From NCBI RefSeq assembly GCF_009834535.1, contig NC_045696.1:27840001-27904000 (forward strand): a stretch of DNA of 64,000 nucleotides, in the 5' to 3' direction. The notes below the pieces were generated by a model. The model saw nothing but the letters and a program-made list of their open reading frames with translations. It was not told where the DNA came from and made no database searches. This stretch comes from Camelus ferus. Taxonomy: Eukaryota. A program made the position numbers and the translations under genes. How positions within the stretch are numbered: position 1 is the first letter of the stretch; every line of letters starts with the position of its first letter. Of this stretch, positions 39,493 through 53,575 are shown one piece after another.

Positions 39493-41544
39493 AGCATATA
39501 GATCTTAGTAGAAATTGTGTGAGTCAGCAGAATTACCACTTTCATAAATGGATTTTCTTTTCATAAATACTCTCCACAAGTACTACCCATCAGAATAGCA
39601 TTTCGCAAGTTCATTTCTATGCTTCAAATATAAGAACTAGAAATTCAGTTTCTCATCCGTACACCATGCGTAGTATTTGAAATTTTATTTAATAGACAGA
39701 AGATATCATTTACCATTTCAGACGAAACACTCACAAAATTGATCTGTTGACCTCAGATTCACAGCATTGTTAGACACACTATACTAATAGAGTGGGTTTC
39801 AACATGAAGACCTGACACCTTTTCGAGATACGTAAGATGCTTTGATGAAAGTACAAACATGCCCCTCTTACTAGTTCCGTATTTTTAGTATAGGACTTTT
39901 CAAGAGCAAATGTATTCTCCTTGGTATTTAATTCTTCTCAGGAACACAAGACTCATAAGTTAAAATGTTGACATGATAGAATTTCACCCAAGGTGAATAA
40001 TACGTCTGACATTGTAGATCCGTAAGGAGGCTCATGATTCAGTACCACTCAACTTTTTAACCTTACATGTCACTGCTTTTACTTCTTTCTTTATGTCCTT
40101 GAATATACCAATATCTGAATTTGCCTCTACTTCTCTAATTCTGACACCTGCTAATAAATGTGTTAGTTTGCAGTTTGTCTTTTCATTTGTAAAAGAAATC
40201 AATGACCAGAAAATTTTCTCAGGGCATTTCTGGCAGGTACAACCAAAAAATGAGAATTCCCTGAGTTAATAGAATTTTCCAGAACTCTTCTAATTGCACT
40301 CTGGCTTCAGGTCATTTATTTATTTATTTATTGAGTTAAAGTAAAGGTTATTTGTTCCTGGGCATCTTCAGGTTTGGCCAAAAGGTACTGATTTCTTCTC
40401 TTGTGTATTCATATAAACTGGGCAATCAGGAAGCCAAAATGTGGTAGGTCAGTCAAGCTTCTAGACTCATTAATTTTTCTCTTTATTTCTGCTTCTAGAA
40501 GAGTTTGTCTTTATGATTATCAATATAGGATCAGAACATGACACAGAAGGAATGAGGAACTTTACTCTAGAAGTTTAAGAAATTCCTGTAAATGAAAACA
40601 TAACCTTCCAACAATTATAAGGCATGTTCTACTATTTGTCTTCTTTGCTGTCTCTAACAGGTAGTCAAAGCACACACTTGAATGATGTCATTTTGGATTT
40701 ATAAAGGGGAGACAATAACTTTTCAGAACCTACTGTTTAGAAGTCAAGAAGCTTCTACATATATTTAAGGGGAAAAATGTCTGTTAGACATCTACCCCAT
40801 GAGTAATTGCAGTATGTTTTCGTGTCAGAGAATTAATGGAAACGCCTCAGGTATTAAGCTAAAAATGTGAATCATTATGACAATTAAAAACATTAACTGA
40901 GGTAATTATAAGAAGATCATAGTTTATGTAGAATTTCATTATAATTTATATAATTATCTTCAGTTATTCAGAAAAAAAAAATAATAATAATGAAGCTGTT
41001 TATCTGAAGTGTTTACCAAACTGAAAATTGCAACTACAGAGAGGCTACATAGACACGCTCAAAATACTAATTTGAACTGGATCTGCCTGCAAGTCTAGTT
41101 GTGTGCTAATGAATTCCCCGAGGACAGGGTGGTTTGGAGCAACTACAAGCCTTCTAAAAACACAACATATCGCCAAATCAGATTACTTAATTTTAACTTT
41201 GTTTGAAATGAGTCTCATTTAAGGATAATTGCTAACCTCTAGCACTACCCTCTGGTTGTGAAGCCAGAAGGTATTTCTGCACGTATAAAATGTGAAATCT
41301 GGTTTCTGACTTTCTTAAGCTGAATAAATGAAATCAAATTTCATCTCCAGATCAGTGCAAGCAAGGACTAAAACATGAAATTAAAGTGGGAGGGGAGATA
41401 GCATTCTACATAAAAGCTTTTCAGGTTCTTCTTTGCATTCCCAGAAGAAATATATGTAAGGTTAGAATTTGTTTGCTGGTGTGGGTTTTTCGTTTTTTGT
41501 TTTGTTGTTTGTTTGTTTTTTGGTGTTGGTTTTGAATATTGGGT

Positions 41545-41771
41545 TTTAGCACAGTCTTTGGAGCAGACTTTCTTAGTTTGAATTCTGCCTTCATCACAGC
41601 AACATGACCTTGGTCATGTTGGCTAGTCTCTTTGACTCAGTCTCTTTATCTGCAAAATGAGATTATAAAGATAATACTATCTACGCCATAGGATTGCTAC
41701 AAGGATGAAGTGTTCTAATATCTATAAGACACTAAGAATAGTGTTTGGCATAAATGCCAGCTATTATTATT
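41545..41771 (+). mobile_element. MIR SINE
   Basis: tgaccttgg...ctcagtctctttatctgcaaaatgagatt...aaatgccagctattattatt. Confidence 0.8.
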
Positions 41772-44269
41772 GGTACAGGGCAATGGAGTATGATTCAGAT
41801 GTGTTAGTCATTGGGGTCCAAAGGAACAAGCAGAGGTCAGAGGAAAGATTCCGCCTGGGTACAATCTCCGTCTCCTCTTTGGATTTGGTTTAGAAAAAAC
41901 TGATTCATCTCCTAAGGGGCCATAATCAGTTATTCAAGGAGCAGGTTGAAGCCAATAGTGCTTTGTGATTGAGGAAGTTTTCCATTTGCTGACTCCCTGG
42001 ATCATGCCTTTTGTTCTTCTAAATCTTTCTTGGGATTTCAACACAGGTATCGGAATCCAAGGTGTGTCTGGGTGTGCTTTAGTTACAGTTTCTCATGACA
42101 GACGTCTCACTGTGCATTTAACACTGCTTGCATATTTGAGACCCAGTTTCCATTTAGAAAAATAAGACTTAAATTTCAGAAATGTGATAATTTAAACTGA
42201 GTATCTCCTTTCTCAAATTTGATCTATAATTTTAAGAGTGGAGTAGTAGTCTCCTTCCTGCACTTGGAAAGACACAAATGATTATATAAAATTATACTCA
42301 TTCACACATTTTGCCATTACAGATTAGTAACATACCACACTACTTAACATGTATTTCATTGTCTTCAACAAATTTTTGATCACGGAAAGTAACAAATACT
42401 GCAAGTTGGGACAACATGTCACACTTTAATATCGAGTGAGCGACCTGTTTTCCCCTGACAAGTATCCACCTATAAATCAATGAATTGCTACTTAAAATGT
42501 GTTACTTCAGAGACCAGTCATACCATGTCCTCTGTGCTACTATAAGATTACCTCTTTATTTATCCGTGCTGCTAAGTTAATTATAAAAATGCTTGCAGTG
42601 AGCGAACATTTTGCTTGCCTAGTCAGCATCTTAAACTAGATTAATCTTCTAGCAACACTTAATGGAAACTAAATCACACATCAACATGCTATAATGATAT
42701 AATGATGAAATAACAAGTGAATCACTCAATTAACTCCTTGATAAATATCAAAAACATATTTTGCTCTTATAATTTAAAAGTCAAAATAACCCTTTCTGCT
42801 TTCTTCCTGGCTTCTTTTTAAAAATGGCTAAATTCTAGAGAATGAACATCATGAAACACATTTTTGCATACAAGGTAAAAAACAAAGGTACTTAATTCAG
42901 TTATTGACTGACTGAGCTTCTGAACAAAGGGGTACCATGTTTTATATCATATCACACATAATGTCTTTATTCATAGATAATAATATAGAGTTGATCATTA
43001 AAACTATATAGTTATAAATATGTATTCATAAATTGGTTGGTTCATTTTCTGTCTGTATAAGAATTGTTTTCAAAATATTTCTTGTTATTACTGGATTGGT
43101 GGTTGATGTTGACCTTGTTTTAAGGATTTCAGTTACCAAATTTCCATCATCCTGATGGGTCAAATCTTCAGTTTCATTCTAAATGCTAGAGTTACTCACT
43201 CATGGCTCAACCTATTGAGTAAACTATGAAAACAGTCATCCAAGCCTCAGTCATTCAGTGTGTAATCTAGAATTTTCCAGTTTTATTAATATGAACATAT
43301 TTAGGGTTACAAGAAGATCCTAAAGAGAAAAAATATCAACATAATACATTTCTGATTAAAAGGCTCCATGATACTAGATTTAAAAAATCAAGTGACACCA
43401 GTCATGGCTCTTTGTTCTCTATAAGCTTACAGTACAGTTAGGGATGTGACAGCTATGTAAATTTAAAGTAAAGAACTTCAAGTAGAATATCCCAAGAGGC
43501 CTAGAAACAGTGGGAGTGGTGGACTTCGGAGGAAGTGGTTTGAGGGCCTATTGACAAGATTTCTGGAGTTGGCGATCCTTAAGCTAAGTTTGAATAAGAG
43601 GAGAACATTGATCACCAGATAAAGAAAGATAGTTTCAGGCAGAGGAGATTGTAGAATACTCTCTGAACTCTAATTATGACAGTAGCACCCAAGACAATAG
43701 AAGAAGAGATTGCAGTATATGTGCTCTAAAAATGTTTCGGATGGAGTTCAGATAATCCCAACTTCAAGTTTCAGTAATATTTAATTAATAAATGCTTCTT
43801 TTAAGAAGAGTCTAGTTATAGTCTTAATTTTAGGTTATTGGCCCAATGCCTCAATGATAATATCAGAATCTAAATCCCTTACACAGAAAATACATTTAAT
43901 TTTTTCACTGTTATAAATAGAAGTTCTGAACAAAACAGATGACAATGGAAAAAAAATCTGGAATCAGTTTTTGACTATCCATTTAATTTTTGTGTGACCA
44001 ATTTCCTATTGACTCCAGAAGCTTATACATGATTTGTGAAGACTTTATATGTTTTTTTAAAATTGTCACCTCACTTTCCCCATCCTTCTCTTTGTAAACT
44101 TTAATTCATGTGACTCCCACCCAATGTAAGACAAAAATAGACATCAATATAGCAAAAATAAATACAATACATAAAAATACATTTAGTAGAAGTAATATAA
44201 ATTTATATAAACTTAGAGCTTATCAATATACAGAGCAACTATATCTTCACAACATTAATAATAATTAAA

Positions 44270-44500
44270 ATATAATAACAGCTCTCACTTGTTGGGGGCT
44301 AAGTTTCAGCCACTTGATATGAATTATCCTCAGGACAACTTTATATGGTAAAGAAGCCTGAAGCACTGAACACAAGTAACTGGCTTTAGGTCACAGACTA
44401 AGGAGTGGCAATGCTGGGAGCAGGCTGGCTCCAGATTCCAGATGTTGAGCCATGTTGCAGGATGTTTCAATAAGACAATGCTCTTGAACCAGACCTCCTC
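44270..44500 (-). mobile_element. MIR, degraded
   Basis: aataacagctctcacttgttg...aagtaactggctttaggtcacagactaaggagtggca. Confidence 0.6.
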
Positions 44501-44507
44501 TTTGAGG

Positions 44508-44690
44508 ACAGTAGTTCTCATCTCTGGCTGCAAAACTAGAGCAAGAGTTAAGGCCTGTAACCACTGCAGATGGCCATGCTGGCATCCAACAGTTTTTGGG
44601 CCAGTAAATCGTTATTTGGTGGTCTGTGTTTCTGTGCTTTTAAGCAGCTCCACAGGTAATTTTGACGCACATTTCCGGGGCTGTGGATCT
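44508..44690. mobile_element. MER5-like hAT MITE
   Basis: cagtagttctcatctctggctgca...ttttaagcagctccacaggtaattttgacgcac. Confidence 0.6.
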
Positions 44691-45490
44691 TGATGCAGAT
44701 TCTTTGTTATTCCAAAGCATTGTGGTATCTGATGGACAAGTCATAGCCTAAACTAACTGACTGTGTTGCAATTGCCACCCTTCATTTGTCCATATAAGGA
44801 CAACTTACAGTTGAATGAACTAAGACAAATATTTCCAATATTTCTTTTGATATACTTTACAATGAATCCTAATTTGAAAGGAATGAAATGTCCATCTTTT
44901 TTTTTAAATAATAGAAATTTCTTATTATGCACCTTTGTGTTACATAAAAATTAACGTCCTCTCTAAAAAATATTTCCAGTGGAACCAAAGAGTCAGGTAA
45001 AGATGACACAAACAAAAAATTATATTTGACCTTAAGACTTGTTACAGGAAGCTAAAAGAATAAAAGCAAGCAAATACCTTCTATGAAAAGAAGTTGACAG
45101 ATAAATCTGCATAACTGGGGCTTATTAAGTAACTTAAATTTTTAACTCTGGGATCAATAGCTACTTAAAACTGAAAAAGGGAAAGGATAAGCTTTCTTTT
45201 TTCTTTAGAAAACACTAATGGAGATTGGCAAGGCTGAAAATTTTTAAATTCAGTGTCAAATTCTACATTTCCTGCATTTACTATAAAGTTGGAGGGATAA
45301 AAATGTTAGTATAGAAAAAGTATACTTATTTGTTGTGTCATCTTTTAACTTTTTATTATTTCTCTAAGCAATATAAGATATTGGTCAATATTAAAACTCA
45401 CTGTAAGTTTATTGGTTAAGAAAAATGATTTTTTTTTAATTAAAAATAATTTTTCTCTTTTAAGCAAGGTAGCAGCTTGCAAAGGCAGAG

Positions 45491-45524
45491 CATTGCCATC
45501 TAGTGGCCAAATTTGGTAACAGAT
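45491..45524 (-). promoter_or_regulatory. Candidate CTCF binding site
   Basis: Minus strand tggCCACTAGATGGCAatg closely matches the CTCF core; lies in non-repeat sequence. Confidence 0.65.
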
Positions 45525-48129
45525 TATCCTTTCTGAACAAGTTCAGCAGAGGATGCGTAGGACACAAATTAACGTCATAAATCCAAATATAAGTATAAAT
45601 TTTAAAATGTATGTTCACTTCCTAAAGAGATTTAGTTCAGTGTATAATAATGGGACAAACATACAATAGCTACACTAAAATACAAGTTTAATATTTAACA
45701 ATTTATTAAGAAATGAAAAATCATGTGTATCTAAGACACAGTATGTAAACAATGCAAGAAGGAAACTTTAATGGATAAATGAAACTGTATATGTGAGAAG
45801 GACAATAAAACAGTTTTCAAAAAACTGTATACTGAAGATGTTTCCAGGGTCAAGATTGTGCTTACGGTTATTATAAAGAGGATGGCTAACAATCCACAAT
45901 GAAAAAAGAGTAATTTTTGTTCTCCTGTTTCTTACAGGAGAGACTAGGCAAAAATTGTATACAATTTCAGAACATGATATTTAAGCTAGAGAAGAGGAGA
46001 GGGTACTGAGCAAAATACTTAATAACCAAGAGATTTTATGAAAGGTTATATAATTCCTCTCACTGCAGATCCTGAATAATAAGATAAAAAAATTATTTCC
46101 TCTCCAAATGTTCATGAACTGTCTTATCTGGTGGGAAAAGGAATGGACCAGATGAAATTAAGTTTTCTTTCAGGCTTTAATTGCATTTAAAACCAACTAT
46201 CCTCCCTCATAATTCATCTTTTTGGTTTTGAGATAACATGCCTGCTTGACCCAGCTGAAGTTCTGCCTTCTGTTAGTTCTTTTCCTGAGACTCCAATTAA
46301 CTTTACAAAATTTCTCTTCAGGGGAAAAAAAAATCTAGGCAAAAGGATTAATTTAGCTAACAATGCTAACAATATAAAAATCTCTGTAGGAGCTTTTTCT
46401 GACCTATTCCAGGGACTCTGCCAACTCAAATGCTGGGATGATAAAAGAACTCTTCATAGTCCAGGAGATAAGGGAAAAACCCATCGCATCGGACTCAATT
46501 GCTCTTAGAGGGATTCAAAAGAATCCAAAATAGTCTTAATGCCTAAAACTGCCACATTTTCTATCTGGAGGCTCGAATACAAAAGGGTTCAGAAGGTTGA
46601 CTTATCAGTGATGTAATTTTCTCAACCTGATGAGGAAGGCTTTTATATGTTCCAAATGAGCTATCAGAATAGGGGAGAGCCGCTCTTTTCCTCAGCCACT
46701 CAGAGGAGACAATATCGTTAAGTGAAACACAGAGCCAAGAATAAGACCAGCCGTGCGGCTCCTCCTGCTCCAGTCTTAGGTGTGATGGCTTTCCTTGGCC
46801 AGCCCCTGAAACACAGAAGCTTTGGGGACTTCTCTCCTTTTCTATATGTGACTCACAACACTCTGTTCAAATAAGCACTTCGCTCCTTTCTTGCCTTGTA
46901 TTCAACGTGGTCATGAAATAAAAAGAAAGAAAGAAATGTAGGGAAGACTGGCAATGCTATCTTTTAAAATTATCTTTAGTTTGCTCACTGATAATACCAA
47001 TGATTTTATAACTTTCAGGAAGTCATTTTTACATGGGCTATCCTCAGAGTACACACCATGATTCAGATACAAATGAAAATTACATGGTTATAGTTACTAA
47101 ACAAATTTGACTTGGAAGGCCATATAATTAAAGTGTATATAATTAAATCATGACTGCTAACTCTGCAAAGGTCCCAGAGTCACTGAGTCCTAGGCCTGCG
47201 CATAGACACACGCACAGGCACAAGGCATGGACACGTGCAAATTCACGCATGTATGTGCAAACACATATATGTGTAAACCCACATATCTACCCTGATATTC
47301 CTTTTATTATTCTGACTGACAGGTTGAAAGTTCCAATATCAATTTTATAATAAAAATGATAATCACTTTTGTGATCATTTGCCAAGAAGCGGTTTTTATC
47401 ATCGGAACCATAATCCAAAATCTGAAAGATTAAAATATAACAAAGGTTAAAAAATAGACCTATGTTCACTTTAAATATAGTGAATTATTAAATTCAAGGA
47501 AAGAGAAATTCTAAGTCATTGATATTTATGTATTTTGTTGCAATTTTATTATATATTCTCTTTTTCAGTGATGCTCTCACAATGGTTTTGGTTTTATCAT
47601 TTAAACATTATTACCACTTTCCAGAAATATCTTCGTTTAGTTTAAAAACTAATTATTCTTCCCTCAGGCCACTCACATACATTTATCATACTTGGATTTT
47701 TTTCCTTTCTTCTAATTTCAGCTTTAATTACTTATTTACTTATTTTCTGACTAATTGATCTTTTATTATCTAGCTTCTGCCTGTTGAGAATCAGAGATGA
47801 ATAGGCCACTGTTTTTCTGTCTAGGTGGCAGTGTGGAGCAGCTGTGGTCACAATCTGCAGGGATTAATCAATCCAGTTTTTGTACAGCTTTGACTCTTAA
47901 CCACATTTTTTTTGACATAAAATAATTTTATTATTTGAAAAAGGTGTTGGCATCAAGAACCTGTACAAAATATTTTTACAGCTATTTATGATAATCATAT
48001 GTCAAAAAACTTAACTTTAGTTTCACACCTTTAGTAAACACGTACACCTCCTGAGTGTGTTTTTCTTTTCTAAGGAATTGACTGAGGATACACTGCAGTA
48101 TCTGATACAACCCTAAAAGCCATGGGAGT

Positions 48130-49135
48130 CAGTCGTCTTAGCAGCAGTGCTGCTCAGGAGCTATCTTCTGTCCTCACCCCCGGGGGCAACTTTGGTTCTG
48201 GCTGAATTCTGAAATAATACACTCATTCAGTCATTCTTCACTCTAACTACAGCCTCTTCACATTTCAGTTCCATCACTCAATTTCCAAATGTACTTGAAT
48301 TTGGATTGCATCAGAATTTCCCATCCTTAGAATCTTTTACATCTTCTTATCTCTTGGCACCCTCCTTGCTTCACTTCCTCTCCTCTCCTGACTAAAGTCC
48401 AAGGCTCATCCATGACCATAACCCCCCTTCACCAGTATTCTGGATATGCTTTCTCACCTGCTTGGCAAACCCATAACTGTCTCTCAGTCTAGGTCTTGGC
48501 TTTCACACCTGCACATCCACACAAAAGTCATTGTCAACAACCTGAACTTGACCCTGAATGAGGACGAGCAAATGCAATTCTGTGCTAGCTCCTTCTCCTA
48601 TTCCTCGTGGTTAAAACTGCCTGCCATCTGCCACTCAGTCTGAAGTCTTGGCTCCTCATCTCTTTGCTCTATTATCAGAGGACTTTTAACTTTATAAACA
48701 AATAGAAGCCATCACATGAAAGTGCCACCAACCTCCTCCACTGAGTCTATCAACTTGCGTCTTTACTTCTACTTAAAGTATACTTCCCATCAGGATTCAA
48801 ATCCACCGGTCCCATTGGGGGTGTGGGAGGACAGCAGCCTCCCTTAAGTTCAACACCCCCTTTCCTGACTTCACTCTTCTGCTTCACTACGAAACTTCTT
48901 AAAAGAAGCGCTGTCACCATTGCACCTCTGACTTGCCTCCCAGCCTCGTCCCTCTGGCTAGGCATTCACCACGCCACTGTAAGTGCTCATGAAAGTCACC
49001 AACGTTAGCTCCCTATTGAAAGACTTATCTTGCTCTCTTGGGAAGACTTAGCAATGTTGGCTGTGCCCTACTTACACACCCCTTCTCTCTTCTTGGTTCC
49101 TTTGGACTCTGCTTTCTATGGAATGTCCAGCCCTC
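48130..49135 (+). mobile_element. L2 internal fragment
   Basis: aaatagaagccatcacatgaa; ggcattcaccacgccactg...aaagtcaccaac; ctcttcttggttcctttggactc. Confidence 0.65.
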
Positions 49136-50079
49136 AGCAGGTGTATGTGTCACAGGACACATAAGGGCCGTGGATAAGCATGCGTTATACGACTTAAGAA
49201 TTAATACAAGAATGAGAGCTCCTGGGTCAAAGTCACCATTGATTTCTGCAGTTTTCAGTCTTCTCAATGGTCACTTCACTCAAGAAACAGGTGGAGTCCT
49301 GAATTCTTTCTGAGGCAGTTCATTTCACATTAGATTCCTGGTTAGAGGCTAAAACCACATTCATCTCTTAAGCATACTCTATATTTAGGATATCCTAGAA
49401 ACAGAGGGAAGCCCTAAAGTTTACATTATGGAGTTTTCAAAGCTGCTGCACTTGGTCAGAAATAGGACACAGAAATGGTGAGACACATTTCCACGAAGGC
49501 TCAAATTACACTATTTTGCAAAGTTTAAAATTTGCCCATCATTATCCATATATTACAGCTATATGTTATAATTATTTAATCTACGTCTCTTGTTAAACAT
49601 CTAAATTATGTCACTTCACCAATTTACAGGAATTATGTGATTAGGTGTAATTATCCTAAATAGCTGAACACAATTAAAAAAATTTACATATAGGAAGTGT
49701 CATATATAATATGTTAAACTTTTTTTTTCCTCTTGACTCACTGTCCTTGGTCTATCAAAATGAGATAAAGGCTGACTCGGTTTGAATGGGATAAGGGAAT
49801 TTCCAGCTCTAGGTGACCTCTGGCTCAGGGGGCCACCCACAGCAATTCTCTGCTTAAAGTAAGCACGTTTTCAGGCCACATGTAAAGTCCTGGTAGCTTC
49901 TAACCAATGGTACCAGCTGCGATGACGCTCTGATATCAGGTACCCTTGAGGGCCCAGTGGTTCTCTGCAGGACTGAGGGCTGGAAGTCGATCTTCAGATT
50001 TCCCTGCTCTGGTGACTTGCCAGCTGCTGTCTTTTCCCCTTCCGCTGTGAGGCAACAGTGAGCCCTGGCTAAGCTCAGT

Positions 50080-50465
50080 AAAACGGGTGCCTGGTTCAGA
50101 TTCGTTGTTTACTAGAACGTGTGACCTTGGACAGTCTTACGACCTCTCGACCACTTGCCTCTCCTTCTAGAAAATATAGATGATGATGATGGACACTGAA
50201 TGTGGGTAATAGCAGCTACACAGTAAGTGCACATTACTGTGCAAACCCCAGACTAAGTATCGCTTCCTCAGAGGCCTTCCCTGATCAACACGTTCCACTC
50301 TTGTCCCAGTTTGTGATTAAGTATTATGTGTTTGTTAGTTTAATATTGCTCTCTTTTAAGAGGCTATGCATTTCATGGAAGTAGACAGCGACTGATTATG
50401 CCTGTCTGGTGCCAAGCACTCCCTGCATACAAAGAACGCCGGACGGAGGTGGTGAATGACGTATA
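50080..50465 (+). mobile_element. MIR fragment followed by an L2 3' end
   Basis: gtgtgaccttggacagtc...; cttcctcagaggccttccctga...ggtgaatga. Confidence 0.55.
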
Positions 50466-53149
50466 ATTCCTTTCTTTTCTGCACTTTTCTCTTTGCCTTT
50501 CCTTCGTCTTTTCCCACAACCAGATGGTCAGTAAATATTTCATAGTGACCTGATAAACTCATTCATACCATAAAGTCCTTGAGACTCTGCCAGGATCACG
50601 AGAGACTTCATGGAAAACAGCTTTCTAGAAATATTTGCAAATTCTTAGGCGAGTGATAGATGCTATTACTACCATCTGCACATGAAAAGAGTCTATTGTG
50701 TCTGCAATTCACGGAAACAGAAACTCTGCTCTTAATGCCCAGCGCAAGGATTGGTGACAGAGTTATCTGGAGGCTCTGAGCTCCCACAAACCAACCTCCC
50801 AAGACTCTGCCAGGTGTGAGGCTGTTATTCCGGATCCAGGCTTGCTCCAACCACAGGAACTTGTTCCGGAGCTGCAGGCATCCATCCACGCTGCTCTCTC
50901 CCTCAGGCGGCCTTTGCAGCTTGTCTGGCCCTGCTGTCCTCACTCCTCCCCCACATCCGACTCTGATGTCAGAGTGTGCTTTAAACGACCTGTTCTGACT
51001 TTAGCTATTTCAATCCACTTCCACTGTTTCTGCTCCTTTCTTATCCAGAAAAAAATTAAACACAGGTGGGTCCTGCTTTTAAGCACTTAGATATCCCACA
51101 AAAGACTAAAATATTGGTTAGTTGTTTACCTAACTGAAGGCTTATGTTTTTTTTCATGAGGACTCACAGAAGCAACACCTTCAGTGGTATCAGCTCCTGT
51201 GCGCTTTTTAATGTGATTTCATTAATAGATGTTTAATCCATGCAAAACTTTGCAAGAACACACCAATTTTGCATAAGTCATCCCTTCAAACACCCTGTGA
51301 ATTCATATCGTAACAATCACAGAAGTGAGTTTTCACAGCTCATAGGGCAAACTAAATGGTGGGAAACACAGCCGAAAATCTTGTATCCTGCATGCGTCAT
51401 CAAAATTAACATGCCTTAAACCAATCACACAGGTTAATATCAAGACACAAGAGAGCCACAAAACTCAATTCATGAAGCTATTGTCTCTTTTATTTCTTCT
51501 CTCTGCTTTAAACTACAGCAAGCTGAGGAAAATCTGCAAATCCTTAGTCATGTAGAAATCTGAATTCCCCATGTAGAAAGAACACAATATGGGAAAACCC
51601 AAATAAGTTCCATGTGTGAAGTCCCTTTGGTCCACTTACACAAGCAACTTCCCTTACACATTTTGGGAAAAGTCAGCTCATAGTAATTATTGAACACCAA
51701 GCTTCCAGTCTGAGTATAATTCTCAATATATTTCAATACCTAGAAAGTGCCTGGATCCAGACTACCAAAATCCACAGAAAAGAAGAAAAGTAACCAGAAG
51801 TGGCTTCTTCCCTTTCCCGACTCTCCTTGCTCTGACTTCATATAATCCTCACAAAGGTAGCCCTTTGGATATTCCTTTGCTTTGATTTTCCCAAGTACAA
51901 TGAGAACATGCCTGTCTTCTGTTTGCTACATTGTTGTGCCATCTGTGGGTGAGTGAGCAAACTTTTCAGAAAAGTTTATTAAACTGTTAGATTTTGTTTA
52001 GTCAACAGGTGACCATTTTCACGGTCCTTTACTTTTTGCAAATTTTAAAGAGTTTTTTTTTGGTGCGAGGGAAGTCTTAAATGTGCAGATCTCTAGTCTC
52101 TTTCTAATACAATGCTATTATAGCAAGGCCACAGTCATACCAAAAAAAGTATGTTACTTATAATCCCTAAATTTGTTAGAGTAAAATGAAATACTTCACC
52201 AAAAATAATTGATTAAATTGATAGTTCTAAAAATTTTACATACAGTTGCTAAATTTGAAAATTAGGTAAATGTAGGTAAAATATAAATTAAAAATATAAG
52301 AGGAAAAATTTTAAGACCTGATAAATGGAGGAGAGAATCTTGCCATGCTTAATTTTTTGAACACATAGAAGTTTGTATTTTATATTTTCCGTGTTTATAT
52401 TTCTTTTGAAGAAAAGGAAAATAAATAAACCTATTCTTATGTTTAATTGCTTCTTTGAACACTAACTCATTTTGTGTGATATTTTTAATACACATTGTTT
52501 CATTTTGTCCTTGCCACAACCATAAGCATGGGTAGGACAATTATTATATAACTTCCACGTTTTTCTGATATGGAAACAGAAACTCAGTGGGCTCAATGAC
52601 CAGCCCAAGGTCATTCATCACCCAAGTGGCAAACTTGGGATTGATATCCCAATTTTTTCTAATGTACCATAATAATTACTTCTCACCTTCTCTGTTTCTT
52701 CAACAGAAGGTTATGATTTATATTCAGTGGAAAGAAATACTTAATCAATCTGCAAGATATGTCTTCTGGAAACATATTTGAATATCTATTTCTAAAGAGA
52801 CAGAATTGGAAGTTTCAAATGAATTTAAGCCAATGTCTCTTGTAGAGAATTTAGAGACATATAAAAGAAATTAAAGCATCCATTGTATAGATACATTTCA
52901 TTTACGTTAGAAGATGAAAAATGAAGCAAAAGAGAAAAGAAAGTAGATAAGAAAAGCCAGTTATCCCTAGTAAATAAAAACCTAGCTTAGGAAATTTTGA
53001 ATTCATATAAAAGTACAGAAGACTAAAATACAAATGCATACATAGAAACAAAATACTTGGGTTTTTGAAGTAGTATAAGGTGTAAATGGTAATACATAAA
53101 TACTGAGGATTAAGAAAATATAGGAGAATAAAATAATATATTTACAGGC

Positions 53150-53554
53150 TCTTATGAACTAAACGTTTGTGTCCCCACCAAATTCAGATGTCAAACCATA
53201 ACTTTCAGTGACTGTATTTGTATGGGGCCTGTAGGGAAGCAATTCAGATTAAATGAGGTCCTGTGGGTGGGTCCTTGATCCAATAGGATTAGTGTCCTTA
53301 TAGGAAAAGACAGCAGAGAGCTTGCTCTCTCTCTGCCTCTTGCTAGTGCACAGAGAGGTCATTTGAGTACACAGTGGTACTCAGATGGCAGGTGGCCATC
53401 TGCAAGCCAGAAAGAGAGCTATCAAAATCAAATCAATTTGCCAGCACCAGTGATCTTGGGCCTTCCAGCCTCCATAAATGAGAATATAAATATCTCTTGT
53501 TTAAGCCACTCAGTCCATGGTGTTTTGTTATAGCAGCCTAAACAGACTAAAATA
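53150..53554 (+). mobile_element. MLT1A/B-type MaLR solo LTR
   Basis: tttgtgtccccaccaaattc; ttaaatgaggtc; ggattagtgtccttatag; ttccagcctcca; ttgtttaagccactcagtc...ttttgttatagcagcc...gactaa. Confidence 0.9.
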
Positions 53555-53575
53555 GAGTTATATTAAATACTAAAC

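Noticed and set aside
47817..47836. Second CTCF-like motif (gtctaggtggcagtg)
   Set aside because: Lacks the conserved CC at the 5' end of the core.
51639..51738. Candidate minus-strand exon (ctttctag|GTATTG...TGT|gtaagt)
   Set aside because: Short pyrimidine tract, unrecognisable peptide and no other supported exons.
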